A stretch of 64,000 nucleotides of DNA from the IMG/VR virus record IMGVR_UViG_3300032516_000001, positions 62,001-126,000 of that record, one strand, 5' to 3'. Below the pieces are notes generated by a model, which saw nothing but the letters and a program-made list of their open reading frames with translations, had not been told where the DNA came from and made no database searches. This document shows positions 9,501 through 20,452 of this stretch, in pieces; position 1 is the first letter of the stretch, and every line of letters starts with the position of its first letter. The position numbers were made by a program, and so were the translations under genes.

Positions 9501-10859
9501 GACACTGCTCACAACAACACTGCATGAAGATCCCCGACCCAATCCTCTGATTCTGATTTCTGCATCTCCAAACTGTTCGGCTACTATCGTGCCTCGATAC
9601 AGGCCTGGGGTTATGCCCAATCTGGACCAATTGCTTGGAGAATATAAAGATGAACTATTGAAAGCGGGGGTTCTTCCACAAAAATTCAACGAAGAAGTTC
9701 TACCAGTAGTATTAGTACTATTAAATGAAAGATACGTATTCCCATTGCCATCACTTATAGGAACCACATTTAACCCAACTATCGGGGTTCCCGTGATTGT
9801 GGCTGCCACTTGAGCGGCCGTTACATCTGCTGCTGTGAGAACGAATGATTGTATAGCACCTTCATCTACTATTATTGCAAAACGATCTAAAGTCGGTAAT
9901 CCACCGAAGCTATATGGCTGACAAATTGATCCTGTTACTGTAGCAGTTTGCAGTCCTCCGAGTAAAGTACCAAATGCTGTATTTATTGCATCAACTACAT
10001 CATCTCTAGTAAGTCCCGGACCACCAGGGAATATAACAGTTACTGGACCAACTGTCTGTGCCCCAAGTGTAAAAGTAAAGTCTATGGTATCTCCTGCAAC
10101 CAATAAATCGAAGCTGCTATTGAAGGTAATAACCTCTGGCTCAAGTGGCATTCTAGCATAATATTCTATAATGACTTCTGACGAAAAAGCATCATTAACT
10201 AATCTACCATGAATTGGAATTCCACCCGGGACATCAATTTTTCTATTCAAACATTGGATTAGTGCTGGATTATCAGTGAGAATATTTTTACCGTCGAGCG
10301 TCTTAAGACGCACGTACCCACCACGTAAATCAGCAGAATGAGTGACAACACCACGGGTAGGAGCAATAAATCCAGTATAGGTAGTATTAAGTCCGAACTT
10401 AAATAGAACTCCAGCAGTAACGTTGGCAAGGGTTATAGATGATGTTGCAGTAATTGTGGGAGTTGTGGGACTAGTAATTCTAAAACCATCATAATAATCC
10501 GCCGGTCCAAGATTGGCATTCCCGCCTAGGATAAACGCTATGGTAGAACCAAATGTGGTATTAATCCTATCTACAACTCTGGCTGCAGTGGTCTCAGTTC
10601 CGTCAAAAACTATTGGAGTTACAATTCCGCCATCAATCTGAACGGAAATCGTATCGCCATTCACCAATGGAATATTGATCCAAGCTTCTGCTGAAGCTGG
10701 AGTACTTTCCTGGGCCCCATCATATGTATCAGAAATTATATACGGTGCAATATTAGCATATGAAATACCGGTTATATTTACGCCGGCATCTGGAGAAAAA
10801 ACAAATCTGGCATGGCGTGTAAGAACGTCTTTAATTTGCTCTTTACGAGGTTGTGGCAC
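6516..10859 (-). CDS. large virion protein with C-terminal right-handed beta-helix (tailspike/receptor-binding-like)
   Basis: TVTVGDG..GDF..AIQQAI entry motif followed by parallel beta-helix-like repeats (ITNNYC, FRNNHIYNN, LEDNNVHNN); GGAGG SD before GTG. Confidence 0.65.
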   Translation of the reverse strand: MPQPRKEQIKDVLTRHARFVFSPDAGVNITGISYANIAPYIISDTYDGAQESTPASAEAWINIPLVNGDTISVQIDGGIVTPIVFDGTETTAARVVDRINTTFGSTIAFILGGNANLGPADYYDGFRITSPTTPTITATSSITLANVTAGVLFKFGLNTTYTGFIAPTRGVVTHSADLRGGYVRLKTLDGKNILTDNPALIQCLNRKIDVPGGIPIHGRLVNDAFSSEVIIEYYARMPLEPEVITFNSSFDLLVAGDTIDFTFTLGAQTVGPVTVIFPGGPGLTRDDVVDAINTAFGTLLGGLQTATVTGSICQPYSFGGLPTLDRFAIIVDEGAIQSFVLTAADVTAAQVAATITGTPIVGLNVVPISDGNGNTYLSFNSTNTTGRTSSLNFCGRTPAFNSSSLYSPSNWSRLGITPGLYRGTIVAEQFGDAEIRIRGLGRGSSCSVVVSSVNAITLTRMGLTAATTVGIDNGEQKINFPDLRVTPTTTIPITTQVQIQALIPEALEFGEVDPAAESIVEQFNNDTAGANQEGALSAGLIFSDPTLSDIRYYGMTNGMSRGVADIGKSVLINQYGQIDAQLLRPAYEEARRTFAKFIRGNFKSGYNTVAALVASIIETPGTNGNPVAKSASFTVDVDPDNSYAATVAFNVRIHRDVGGGVIPFRVERSAAGYNHQATLAASTLLYGDPDLVFADDNTVAAGISTGGPEYLTLSDVNSKYVRILEKYANMQSPSLLRKVNAAWTVTVGDGINSFGDFNGTNAIQQAIAFYSAAPASVLNTMRIQCKEGTYIVSAANTSITVPATIGRLTIEGSGGVTIRNSTDATPIITNTVGADLYLNNITLYGKSGAYSAVEVTSPGSGTIPFVCMTDCDVTYVTMQLTNAEFMANRCSFLTNWFENISVILRDGDTIKQITCIDCDLTVMVNSKPILRVYADAFDIPITTISRVLFERCNIGLRSTINSGGMLAGNCGVIDLVPIGSCYNTGTGINIEEMKWKDCTVVANRGSSTVSVLIHLLPVNNGNIVSDTTTEFARVGNVIIDGGSWLCPSVNTLFNPFTILGVENITIKNVELGFSNGSPHYGIATGEVGYWATGVDTTIPGTEWGAFALYASTKLILEHVKFKNLVRLTAGASAIGDVFIRYNRIYVNDVSMEDIVLAGSGVYPPQRVRLRPATGTVTTRGGTIRDWRIRVNPCDPGTLHSDSVISYEPSANAVDFSNIFISGFECSDLSNGSYAFLIPQAGTNQFYTGSPVVTDNLVIQNSTFAANKEGFELTSAEANQQIGVTFRNNHIYNNILQGISIHMNTAAVQVLKIVLEDNNVHNNAVGFGIPGVYIGSGQWGSGSWIQITNNYCGDNSTAGAFQMRIQTIDFNIDSAPQGMIMGNVFGNTAWNVLWVNIISGAAPAGLVSPTFAPPLMGCHTGQSAASPAAFTFGHIVRMSANLGVLWSI

Positions 10860-10901
10860 GAGTATATCCTCCTGAAACTGCGGCTCCGGTCCTATAAGTC
10901 G

Positions 10902-13900
10902 CTATAGAAGCATGAACCAGGCTTCGAGTGTATCTGTGGTTAGTAATGGCGGATTCGATCCACTGACTATGTATGTAACAGTCTGATCTGTTATTCCTCC
11001 AACCGTGTAATCGATTCCATAAACTAATTTAACGCCACGAACAAATAGCATGACTGTTGTTGGATCTATAGGTCTATTCGAAAGAGTGAATACCGTCTGC
11101 CCATTTACCGTTATGGGCAGTAGTTCCTGTTTAAGAGAAGCCAGATTCATATCACTCGATCCATAGAAAATTGGATCATCATAGATGTTATTCACAAATA
11201 ATGGTTTATCCGTAAGCGTCGCAGTGCTAACATCGAGTTGCGCGCGACGCTTTTCAATGGGACGACCCCAAATTCTAAACCTATCGAGAGCGGTGAAACC
11301 TTCATTAGTTCCATTAGCCGAATGCAAAATATCTGTATCTCGGAAATAGGCTGGAGTGGCCTGGGTCACTATAACCATTTGAAGTTCATGACCTGGATGA
11401 ACTTCGATATTATTAAACAATTCGGGCTGCGATCGCACTAAGTATGCCGTGCCTACTAATACTGATCCTACCTCAGAATTAGGACGGGCTTTTGGTAGTC
11501 TGGAAGAAATCGCTCCTCCGGGCCACGGCTCAGTTAGCGACCATCCGGCTCCGCCACGAGCCGTCTTGAATTTAGTAATATCGGAGAAACTAGAAGTACC
11601 ATCGACTTTGATTATAACTTCCCCACCGGCCCCGGATGCACCGTTGGTCTGACCACAAATGAATTCTGTGCCTTCCCATGTAGAATTCCCAGCAGTTGCT
11701 GGATTTGCGGGAGCTTGATACGGTGGAAACGATATTGCTCCCTGTGTGATCATGCCAATGTTACTGGTACTTCTCGTCTGATATAGAGTCTTCCCTATGA
11801 AATCTTTGTCGCGGAAATAAGACCCAAGGGGAAGATGTGATACGCATCCAGCAAACTCTGTATTCATATCTCTATCAAATATCTCCGACATCGCCCCCCT
11901 CTTGATACTGGGACGAGTTAATACTGATGCATCAGTTACTGGGAATTTCGGAGTAACCCAATCCTCAAAACCAACCCTATTCAAAGAGAATCGTCTATTC
12001 AGATCTGGCAACGTACCAGTATAATCCGGTGCTCCATTTGGATTCTCAACTGTATTGAGTAACTTTATCGGAACTGATCCAGACAAACGACCGGTTCCAA
12101 GTGATGTTACGAAATTCGTTGCAGTCAGAACTTCATAACCAACCTTATTCGGCATAGACAGAGTACTGACCGGACCCAATGGGTTTAATTTGAGACTTGT
12201 CGCTTCGGAAATTGCCAGTGGACCGAGACGCTGGACATCATCAGAATAAGCATTCTGACTGCCAAATACATCTCCCTGATATGGTTGACGACTATAATAA
12301 ATAGTGACTTCATTATTGGTAGCATAGAGCGAAAGCGGAGCAGGGGCAATCACTCCAACTCTAGAATCGGATGTATCTATGAAATCATTAGCAGCAATGA
12401 TCCAATCACGAGTATTGAGTACTCGCCCGTTGGTCTCCAAGAAACCTCGATCAAAGCCAAATAACGTGCATTCAATCAGGAATTCAGAGTTATCGAATGT
12501 CGTTCCCGGTGTTGATTTTGTTAAATCAATAACATCTGAATTCAAGATAAAATAAAGATCCCCATTCACGTCGACATCAAGTAAGAATGTCGGACCATCG
12601 AAATCATCACGTAGTAAGTTAACATCAGTACCGACTCCACCAACAAATACGCGATCCAGATTAAATGGAGACGAAGTCGGAACAAGAGCTGGAATGCTGC
12701 GCTTATACACACCAGTAATTCGTGCTGGAGCATAAAATGGCGGGAATTGAATACCCTTGAATGGGCCGCCATTTACGGATCGCAATTTGTTGTTTGTGTA
12801 TTTTTTGCCAAATATCGATGGCAGGGCACCAGTACCGTAAGTTTCACCGACAACAGGAGTTACGATGTAATACCCCGGAGTGGCGGCAGGATAGCTTACC
12901 AGTCCTCTATTCCAATCTGAAGAATTCGATGCCCCAAATGGCCCTTCTTTTGACATCAATACAAAATTGATGCCAGATGGAAAAATAGCGTTTGTTACTG
13001 GAATAATCGGAACATGGTGCAAACCCGGTTTTGGTAAAAAGTTGAGTGGTATTTCAGCATATACAGTTGCACCTGGGCCATTCCAGAATAAACTAAGCGG
13101 GTCAACCGTTGTGTGAACTACATTTATTCCGCTTTGATCCCTTGTCGGCATCGCCCCCCAATAGTTGCCCATTGGGTCCCAATTAAGTCTATTTCCATCC
13201 CGAAACACGACAGCAGGGACTAGAATATTACGATATGGAGCTATATGTATAGTCTTGGAACCAGGATCTACCATCATGTCAGATGTGCGAGATAGATTAC
13301 GGTTCGTTCCAGTCTGAATGCATGGAGATTCATTCAGGTAGGTCGGTATGAGCCTGCTTCGATCGGAAAGACCTGGGCGAAGCATCACCTTTGATGAATT
13401 GGTTGGATCACCACGATAATGAGCAGTATGAATATAATCAGGCTTATGAGATAAACCGCGACCAGCTCCGTATACAACCGCAAATTCTACATGCATGACA
13501 GTAGAAACGGCTGTATCGAGCGCAATAACAGGAACTGCATCACCAAATTCTTGAAATGGGGTCGCCGGAACTACGGGTGGGATTGTTGCATCTGAATTCA
13601 ATTCGATTATTAAGTTTCCTGAACCATCGAGTGATACTGCGATTCCCTGACCATTTTTTAATATTCTATTGCCAGCAATGGGGGTATTTGGATTTGAAGC
13701 CGTTGGGGTGGTGGTACTAAAAGGCACTCCACCATTAGGATCAGTGGTCATGCCTTCAAAATGAATTAATATAGCATCCGGATCTTCACTAGGTAATATA
13801 AATCTGACTTGATCGCTGTCAGTTACTGGCAAACCAGCTCTGAATTCAGCAATGTTTATTTGAATCTTATCACCATTCCACCACCACGGAGCGGCACCGT

Positions 13901-15515
13901 TTAGTCGGGAACCTGGACCGCGACCTGGAGCGGCGGTGTTCCAAAGGACGTTGATATTATATGGAGCGATTGCTACCTGTAACGGATCAGTGACTGATGA
14001 TCCGTTACCTGGAACTTGAACAGCTGCTGAATAGCGTTCGGTAATAACAGAGTCAGACCATGTACGGCGATTGCCGCTTGGGCCATCGAGCCGGCTTAGA
14101 CCGCCAACAAATATTGTGCTGTCGGTAACTCTATCACCATAAAAAACAACTGGGCCAGCCGAAAAAGTTGATCCGAATCGTTTCCATGTGGTGCGCAAAT
14201 TTCCGCGCAAAAGTTCGATCAAATTGGTACGTAAAATTGAATCATAATCAAATTTATCGGCAATTGAATGCCGTAAATCTAGTATATCAGTTAATGTGAC
14301 CTGATCTGAAAATAGTCCGTCAGGTCTAACAGTATATAAGGTAAGCTCCGTCCCTATATTATGTGCTCTGATCGTTGTCTGTAACTGTCCACGATCAACT
14401 GTGACGACATAATTCAAGCCAACCTGGACAACGCTATTTATACGGATTATTTCGTCATCAATTCTAAAATAAGCTTCACCATATGAATTGATCGTAGACA
14501 ATACCGTTCCGGTTATGCTAGCTAGAGTAAATTGTGTATCAACTTCTGCAAATACCGCAGGAAGAGATATGCCGCTTGTAAATTCAGTAGCGTCATTACG
14601 AGTAATGGCAACACTGTTTCGATCGAATGCACCAGCTATATTGCCAACATCTGAAAATCCGGCGCTATTACGTCTGAATACGGCACAAATTGGGATCGCG
14701 TAAACGTACCCATCGACAGTTCCTAAAATCGCCGGATCCCCGGTTCCAGCTCTCCACAAACCGGGGTCGCCCAATTCATTCCGCATATTAGTAAAGCATA
14801 AAGCACTCGGCGCTGATAAAGCTCCTTGAGCGAATACGAGGGTTGAATCAAACCCTTCTGGATATTGTGATATACTGACATTTGGAACTGTCCTAATTCT
14901 ATATTGGATTTGAACCCGCTTTGTAGTCTCATAATTAATGTCAGGGTCTATTAGATCATCGGCGAGATATGAAAATCCGCCTTCGACATTACCAAACCGG
15001 TACAAAAATCCGCGTTGAGGTTTGCCCGGGGATACAGTTGGAGGAGCAGGATCGACATCAATTCTCTGAAGCCAAACCTCGAGGAATGCGAATTCTGCTT
15101 TATTTCCGCCTACTGAATTGTTAGAAGGATTGAGTAATATTTTATTGTGAGTATCAACATTATTTGGGGCTAATGGCGGAGCTCCAGTATTGGTGCCGGT
15201 AACTGGAATGACCCATCCATTTACTATTGCCCAAACAGGATTCCGTGTTTCTCCTGAAGTATTTCTACCGAAATAAAAGAAATTGGATCTATCGGGGTCA
15301 GTATTGAAATCCTCCCGTGGATTGGATTCATTGAGCAACCATCCGGATGGGAAAGTGGAACGTACGGCTTCCGCACGAGCCTCTAATTCCATCAATCCGA
15401 ATAAATTTAATTCTGAATCCAGAGGGGGGCGAGTGGACTCCCATACGACAGCAGCCAGTTGCTTATCGCGACCATCGACATATCGAGAAACACCAGGACC
15501 AAGAGGATTAGGCAT
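10902..15515 (-). CDS. large virion structural protein (tail/baseplate-associated), paralogue of 17394..20051
   Basis: 1537-aa beta/Pro-rich ORF in tail module; shares [20 protein letters not shown] and RPDGLFSDQ blocks with 17394..20051. Confidence 0.7.
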   Translation of the reverse strand: MPNPLGPGVSRYVDGRDKQLAAVVWESTRPPLDSELNLFGLMELEARAEAVRSTFPSGWLLNESNPREDFNTDPDRSNFFYFGRNTSGETRNPVWAIVNGWVIPVTGTNTGAPPLAPNNVDTHNKILLNPSNNSVGGNKAEFAFLEVWLQRIDVDPAPPTVSPGKPQRGFLYRFGNVEGGFSYLADDLIDPDINYETTKRVQIQYRIRTVPNVSISQYPEGFDSTLVFAQGALSAPSALCFTNMRNELGDPGLWRAGTGDPAILGTVDGYVYAIPICAVFRRNSAGFSDVGNIAGAFDRNSVAITRNDATEFTSGISLPAVFAEVDTQFTLASITGTVLSTINSYGEAYFRIDDEIIRINSVVQVGLNYVVTVDRGQLQTTIRAHNIGTELTLYTVRPDGLFSDQVTLTDILDLRHSIADKFDYDSILRTNLIELLRGNLRTTWKRFGSTFSAGPVVFYGDRVTDSTIFVGGLSRLDGPSGNRRTWSDSVITERYSAAVQVPGNGSSVTDPLQVAIAPYNINVLWNTAAPGRGPGSRLNGAAPWWWNGDKIQINIAEFRAGLPVTDSDQVRFILPSEDPDAILIHFEGMTTDPNGGVPFSTTTPTASNPNTPIAGNRILKNGQGIAVSLDGSGNLIIELNSDATIPPVVPATPFQEFGDAVPVIALDTAVSTVMHVEFAVVYGAGRGLSHKPDYIHTAHYRGDPTNSSKVMLRPGLSDRSRLIPTYLNESPCIQTGTNRNLSRTSDMMVDPGSKTIHIAPYRNILVPAVVFRDGNRLNWDPMGNYWGAMPTRDQSGINVVHTTVDPLSLFWNGPGATVYAEIPLNFLPKPGLHHVPIIPVTNAIFPSGINFVLMSKEGPFGASNSSDWNRGLVSYPAATPGYYIVTPVVGETYGTGALPSIFGKKYTNNKLRSVNGGPFKGIQFPPFYAPARITGVYKRSIPALVPTSSPFNLDRVFVGGVGTDVNLLRDDFDGPTFLLDVDVNGDLYFILNSDVIDLTKSTPGTTFDNSEFLIECTLFGFDRGFLETNGRVLNTRDWIIAANDFIDTSDSRVGVIAPAPLSLYATNNEVTIYYSRQPYQGDVFGSQNAYSDDVQRLGPLAISEATSLKLNPLGPVSTLSMPNKVGYEVLTATNFVTSLGTGRLSGSVPIKLLNTVENPNGAPDYTGTLPDLNRRFSLNRVGFEDWVTPKFPVTDASVLTRPSIKRGAMSEIFDRDMNTEFAGCVSHLPLGSYFRDKDFIGKTLYQTRSTSNIGMITQGAISFPPYQAPANPATAGNSTWEGTEFICGQTNGASGAGGEVIIKVDGTSSFSDITKFKTARGGAGWSLTEPWPGGAISSRLPKARPNSEVGSVLVGTAYLVRSQPELFNNIEVHPGHELQMVIVTQATPAYFRDTDILHSANGTNEGFTALDRFRIWGRPIEKRRAQLDVSTATLTDKPLFVNNIYDDPIFYGSSDMNLASLKQELLPITVNGQTVFTLSNRPIDPTTVMLFVRGVKLVYGIDYTVGGITDQTVTYIVSGSNPPLLTTDTLEAWFMLL

Positions 15516-15593
15516 CTCAGAGAGACTCCCTCATCAGAAGGCGACTAATATTCACATGTGCTACCACATAAGTGGCTTATATAATAATACCGG

Positions 15594-16253
15594 TCATCCG
15601 TACATGAGTATCCAATCTGATAAATGATATCTAACAGCCCCGATATTGGTAAATTTTAATCTAATTGGTGAGGTTATTCCGGGTGCGGGTGTATCGATAG
15701 CATCAGCATGAGTAAACGTGTGTCTTGAAGTATACGGAGCAGCAGCATCCACTATTTCCACTAGGAAAGACGCATCAGGGTCAAAATCAAAGAAACTAGT
15801 CGATGGATTATAATTATATAATAATCTACTCGGTGCTGGATGAGATACTACGGCTCCTGGATCAGAATATAGAGTGAACCCGTGAAAATGTATGAGAACA
15901 CCAACAACAGGGGGAGCAACTGCTAATACCATTGGGTTAGTATATACATATCCGGCTGGAAGTACTTCGGTTCTTTTATTTGGACCTAAAAAATACCCAG
16001 ACGAAATTGTCGGATCTATTGCATTTGCAGCGAGCGGATCTAAAAGTTCATCATTAAGAATATTTACAAGATTGGGATGGTATGACCCATAGATACCTAG
16101 TTTATCCGTTATAGCATCGGCTACGACATCCGTCTCTGGATAGATCCCATTCGGAATATCCAATACATATCTACCAGATATTGAGAAATCGAGTGGTTCC
16201 TCATAATATCCACGAATTTTGTTAGTTTGTGTATCAACTAATAATTTGGCCAT
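15594..16253 (-). CDS. hypothetical virion-associated protein
   Basis: 219-aa ORF, GAGG SD, within structural cluster. Confidence 0.7.
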   Translation of the reverse strand: MAKLLVDTQTNKIRGYYEEPLDFSISGRYVLDIPNGIYPETDVVADAITDKLGIYGSYHPNLVNILNDELLDPLAANAIDPTISSGYFLGPNKRTEVLPAGYVYTNPMVLAVAPPVVGVLIHFHGFTLYSDPGAVVSHPAPSRLLYNYNPSTSFFDFDPDASFLVEIVDAAAPYTSRHTFTHADAIDTPAPGITSPIRLKFTNIGAVRYHLSDWILMYG

Positions 16254-16362
16254 AGTTATTCCTCACTTCACTGATGGTGATTCCGGTCCGATGCAATATC
16301 ACTAACCCAGTGTCAAAAGTCTGATCGTAGAGTCCCAGATGACGTGCTTGGATATAAGCATC

Positions 16363-17394
16363 TCAACTTGCTCCTATATAGACTTGATGCACCGTGCATT
16401 TCCATTCAAATGAATTTTGAGTTCCTCCTTCGATACCCGCGCACGTGATCGATAAGCATTTATTTGTGTCATCAACATTTAGCACTACAGTGGCCGCAAC
16501 GAGCGCAGCGTCCGTCGAACCTCCGTCGTAGGCTATTGAACCCACAACGTAACACGTTCCACCCATTTGCTTGACGCCAGATCCAATACTCCATGTGGTG
16601 ACTTTGCCAGCGTCAGTTCCACCAAGGCAGACACCAACGAGTTCAACGGGATCATCGTCTATACTAGATCCATAGAGATAGACTTCAGGTGATGAACCAG
16701 GAGTACCAGCGGGACCAGTGTAACCAGTGACGCCATCAGGACCAATGGGACCTGTGTAACCAGTGACGCCGTCAGGTCCAACAGGCCCGGTGGCTCCTGT
16801 AACGCCATCAGCCCCCTGCGGTCCGGTGGCGCCTGTGACACCGGGCAATCCTTGTGGTCCAGTGGAACCAGTAACTCCAGCAGGCCCTGTAACGCCTGTA
16901 ATACCAGGATCTCCCTGTGGACCAGTTATCCCAGTTATCCCGGGGGAACCTTGTGGTCCAGTGGAACCAGTTATGCCTATCGGACCTGTAACGCCATCGA
17001 TCCCTGTGGCACCTTGAGGACCAGTGGCTCCTGTAATACCATATGGGCCAGTTGATCCTGTAACACCATCAATTCCTGTGGCACCTTGAGGACCAGTGGC
17101 TCCTGTAATACCATCAGCGCCCTGTGGCCCAGTGTAACCTGTGACACCATCTGAGCCAGTAGGACCGGTGGCTCCTGTGACGCCATTGGCGCCCTGTGGC
17201 CCAGTATAACCAGTTACGCCTATTGATCCTGTTGGACCAATAACTCCTGTAACACCTTCAGACCCAGTAGCACCTTGAGGACCGACAGGGCCCGTTGAAC
17301 CGCCACCTCCACCACCAGGAGGCCCTGGTTCACCGATAAGGCTACCAGGTCCTGAAACCAGTGCAGGGTTCACTTCACTAAATGGTCGTGGCAT
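16363..17394 (-). CDS. collagen-like (Gly-X-Y) fibre protein
   Basis: about 200 aa of [10 protein letters not shown] triplets plus C-terminal beta domain. Confidence 0.85.
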   Translation of the reverse strand: MPRPFSEVNPALVSGPGSLIGEPGPPGGGGGGSTGPVGPQGATGSEGVTGVIGPTGSIGVTGYTGPQGANGVTGATGPTGSDGVTGYTGPQGADGITGATGPQGATGIDGVTGSTGPYGITGATGPQGATGIDGVTGPIGITGSTGPQGSPGITGITGPQGDPGITGVTGPAGVTGSTGPQGLPGVTGATGPQGADGVTGATGPVGPDGVTGYTGPIGPDGVTGYTGPAGTPGSSPEVYLYGSSIDDDPVELVGVCLGGTDAGKVTTWSIGSGVKQMGGTCYVVGSIAYDGGSTDAALVAATVVLNVDDTNKCLSITCAGIEGGTQNSFEWKCTVHQVYIGAS

Positions 17395-20051
17395 TAGAAC
17401 ACCGTCCTTTGCGGATTAATTAAATGCCCACGCACTCGATAAACGGCAGCAGATGATGAACTCAGTATTGAATTTAATTGAATAGTATTTTGATCATCGA
17501 ATTCCAGCCAATTGGTTAAAATAACTAAAACTAATGTTCCCTTCCTTCCAATGCTTGGCACATCTTCTGCTAGCTCCATTAAAACTGGGGAAGCTACCTT
17601 ATGCCGTTGTTTAGCTGTGAGGAGGTGACCGAATACAACAGGAGAATAAACTGGCGTTACGCCATCATCGGATTTTGGCCAAAAATGCCGACCATCACCA
17701 TCAGTTACAATATCTGGAGCTGATTTGTAGAGAGTTACGATGGCATCTGGAAAATATGGAACTTTGGCATCTAATTTAATAAAGCCAGTATTTATTCCAA
17801 ATCCGATGATGCTAACTGGATTCGGATTATCCAATCTGGATTCTGGGTATGTCGAAGATGGTAGTAACCCGACTGGAATTTGTGCACTCGGTGATTCAAA
17901 TGGAAATGAATCATCAGGACTACCAGATCCACTTGTTATTACATAAATATTGTCCGGATTAGTTCTTGGTATCAAATGAAGAGTTTCAGGAGCCATGCCC
18001 CCGGATGCAGGCAGTAATGATTGAATAGCTCGAGATTGATAAAATACTTGATATGAATCATCCGGTGGTGGTCCAACCATAGGAAGCGGTCGGTAAGCAT
18101 AATAATTAGCTTGTACCCATGGATAGGGCGGACCTGGTGGTACTGGCAAAGGAAAGGTTAATGTTACTTCAGTGTAAGCGGTATTGAATGTGTAATTTGT
18201 AGTTGGATATGGCGGATTTATGCCGTCAGTAATTAAGATTGGATCAGTTATTTTATCGGGGATATAAATATGAATTCCATCGGTACATATACAAGGGTTT
18301 GCTATCATTTCTATTGTTTTAAGTCTAATGAACGCTTCCCTATGGGGTTTATCTATCGCCCATAAGGTGGAATCTAGACTGAATCTGTTTGCATCAGAAG
18401 TAGCCGTAAACAGAGTAGCATCAACAAGTAGCACAGCACCATATAATGCATCGATATCTGCCGCGCTCGGGGTCCACACAGCATGATCATCAATAACGTT
18501 TCTGGATAATCCATTCCCAGCAGGATATTCAATGGCAACTTCTACGTAAATATCTGTAGTTCCGTTATAACTATAACCTGGGGGGATCAAATTTATAGTA
18601 GCAATATCAATCGGACCGCCAGGTACTGATGCCGAGTATTGAATGTCCGATACGCCAGTTCCAGGAATCGGAGACGCAAGCATGTCAATTTCATTCAATA
18701 ACACAGATTGATCTACTAATCTAACTTTATTTACTGATACAATATTGGTCCCTGCTGGCGCAACAGACAACAAGTTGAAAGGCGCAAACCATAACTTAAA
18801 TGCTGACAAATCAACCTGAACGGAAAGTATCGGCCATACTCCGGGCGGCCACGGAAAATGAAAATGACAAACTATAGTTTCGGTTATGCTTCGATCACTA
18901 AAATATTGGCGGACGCCATCAGTGTTTATTATGCTGTCCTGGACAGACAATGATGTGCCACCAGGACCTGCTGGTATTAAAATTTCGTGCTCTGTGGAAA
19001 GTGAGTTATTAAATATTTGCTGCACAGCTTTTTGAATGGTTTCGCCATAATCACGAGCAGAACCTTTGCGAAGATCCTTAATATCGCTAATAATAATTTG
19101 ATCTGAGAATAATCCGTCAGGTCTATCAGATGCACCGGCTACAATCAGTGCGCCGCCATTTATGTTGGTTGTCCTATCATATGCAGTGTTGTTCCGTCGA
19201 AATACGGCACAGATCGGAATAGCATACATATAGCCATCAACAGTGCCTAAAGCAGCAGCATCAACTGCAGTTCCAGTTCCTGCTGCCCAGAGACCGGCAT
19301 CATTCGTAACTGGGGAATAGGTGTATGCCGTTGGAGTACCATCGGCCCCGGGTCCCGTGAAATCCGATACGGTATTGGCTGTTACTGATGGATCATCTAA
19401 CCCATCCGGGTATGTATTCGGATCGATGCCACCAATTACTCGATATCGATATTGAATTTGAACACGAGCACTTGTTTCAGCAGCCTCGGTTGGATCGATT
19501 AAATCATCTGCGAAATTCGGGGTCGTATCAGGGGATTTAACATTCCCATGTCTAAAAATTAAGCCCCCGGCACTTTTATTTGCTACTGATGGAACAGCTA
19601 ATACAAGTGCTCGCCACACTTCTAGAATGACCAAATCAACTCTGTAACTCCCTATACCCACAGGAGGCATGGGGAGATTTATAATATTGGTAGAAGTAGA
19701 ATCTGAGCATTGAAATTTAAGATTCCAGCCATTAACTATTAAATTCTGCGGACTGATTAAAAATATATTTTCGGCCCCTGGTAATGGGACAGGAAAAGAA
19801 TATGCATTACTAATATCTGGACTATCAAGAAAACCAGGATTTATCCAACAGGATGGTAACTGTCTACTATTGGAAAGTCTTACACCATGATCGGAAGTTA
19901 TCTCACTTCGTAAATTCATCTCCCAGTCAATGACTGGTTTGGTCGTTTGGATAACTACCGATTCAAAGGATTTCTCTTCACCGGAGAATTGATCTCCAGG
20001 CATTCCTTGTGGGAGTTGACTAACACCAATACCAAGGTTCTTGTATGCCAT
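17394..20051 (-). CDS. virion structural protein, paralogue of 10902..15515
   Basis: shared blocks VNGW, LEVW, ADDLIDP, RVQIQYR, GLWx[33 protein letters not shown]. Confidence 0.7.
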   Translation of the reverse strand: MAYKNLGIGVSQLPQGMPGDQFSGEEKSFESVVIQTTKPVIDWEMNLRSEITSDHGVRLSNSRQLPSCWINPGFLDSPDISNAYSFPVPLPGAENIFLISPQNLIVNGWNLKFQCSDSTSTNIINLPMPPVGIGSYRVDLVILEVWRALVLAVPSVANKSAGGLIFRHGNVKSPDTTPNFADDLIDPTEAAETSARVQIQYRYRVIGGIDPNTYPDGLDDPSVTANTVSDFTGPGADGTPTAYTYSPVTNDAGLWAAGTGTAVDAAALGTVDGYMYAIPICAVFRRNNTAYDRTTNINGGALIVAGASDRPDGLFSDQIIISDIKDLRKGSARDYGETIQKAVQQIFNNSLSTEHEILIPAGPGGTSLSVQDSIINTDGVRQYFSDRSITETIVCHFHFPWPPGVWPILSVQVDLSAFKLWFAPFNLLSVAPAGTNIVSVNKVRLVDQSVLLNEIDMLASPIPGTGVSDIQYSASVPGGPIDIATINLIPPGYSYNGTTDIYVEVAIEYPAGNGLSRNVIDDHAVWTPSAADIDALYGAVLLVDATLFTATSDANRFSLDSTLWAIDKPHREAFIRLKTIEMIANPCICTDGIHIYIPDKITDPILITDGINPPYPTTNYTFNTAYTEVTLTFPLPVPPGPPYPWVQANYYAYRPLPMVGPPPDDSYQVFYQSRAIQSLLPASGGMAPETLHLIPRTNPDNIYVITSGSGSPDDSFPFESPSAQIPVGLLPSSTYPESRLDNPNPVSIIGFGINTGFIKLDAKVPYFPDAIVTLYKSAPDIVTDGDGRHFWPKSDDGVTPVYSPVVFGHLLTAKQRHKVASPVLMELAEDVPSIGRKGTLVLVILTNWLEFDDQNTIQLNSILSSSSAAVYRVRGHLINPQRTVF

Positions 20052-20196
20052 GGGTCAAATTGACTTCTGTATAAGAGCTGGAATAATAAACATTACCGAT
20101 ATTAGATCCTAGATAAATAAGATCCGATTCGGATAATCGCCAATTTACGTCAAATTGCAATTGCAATTGAAAATTCAAAACTAACAACCGGGAGCA

Positions 20197-20394
20197 CTAA
20201 TCTTCCATTACTGATTCTATTATAGTCTGATCGCAATCCTTAATGGGTCTTTCATTCTGGTTTATGGGATAATCTGACATTTGTCCGCATCTATCACAGA
20301 TTAATACGCCTCCAGTTTCCTGATATGAACTAGTATCGATTTTTATATATATGTCACTCCCGCAATACCTATATAACCGCCATTGATGTGCCAT
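20197..20394 (-). CDS. small hypothetical protein with CxxC (start probably MAHQW at 20394)
   Basis: ICDRCG motif; the ORF-track start at 20424 lies inside the post-tmRNA hairpin, so the downstream ATG is preferred. Confidence 0.5.
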   Translation of the reverse strand: MAHQWRLYRYCGSDIYIKIDTSSYQETGGVLICDRCGQMSDYPINQNERPIKDCDQTIIESVMED

Positions 20395-20407
20395 ATCTAA
20401 ATAAAGC

Positions 20408-20452
20408 GACGAGGCGCTGACCATTGGGGGGAGGACGGATCAGCGCCTCGTC
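20408..20452 (-). terminator. stem-loop directly after the tmRNA CCA end (terminator or processing hairpin)
   Basis: 13-bp perfect stem GACGAGGCGCTGA/TCAGCGCCTCGTC followed by GCTTTATTT on the minus strand. Confidence 0.7.

Noticed and set aside
16234-16362. Frame stays open for 42 codons past the TGA of the small collagen gene (read-through or TGA recoding?)
   Set aside because: Length is within chance; other genes end at TGA, TAG and TAA with tight TGATG/ATGA coupling, so code 11 fits
20152-20170. AATTGC tandem/palindromic run in intergenic DNA
   Set aside because: Short, single occurrence in AT-rich sequence; no function supportable
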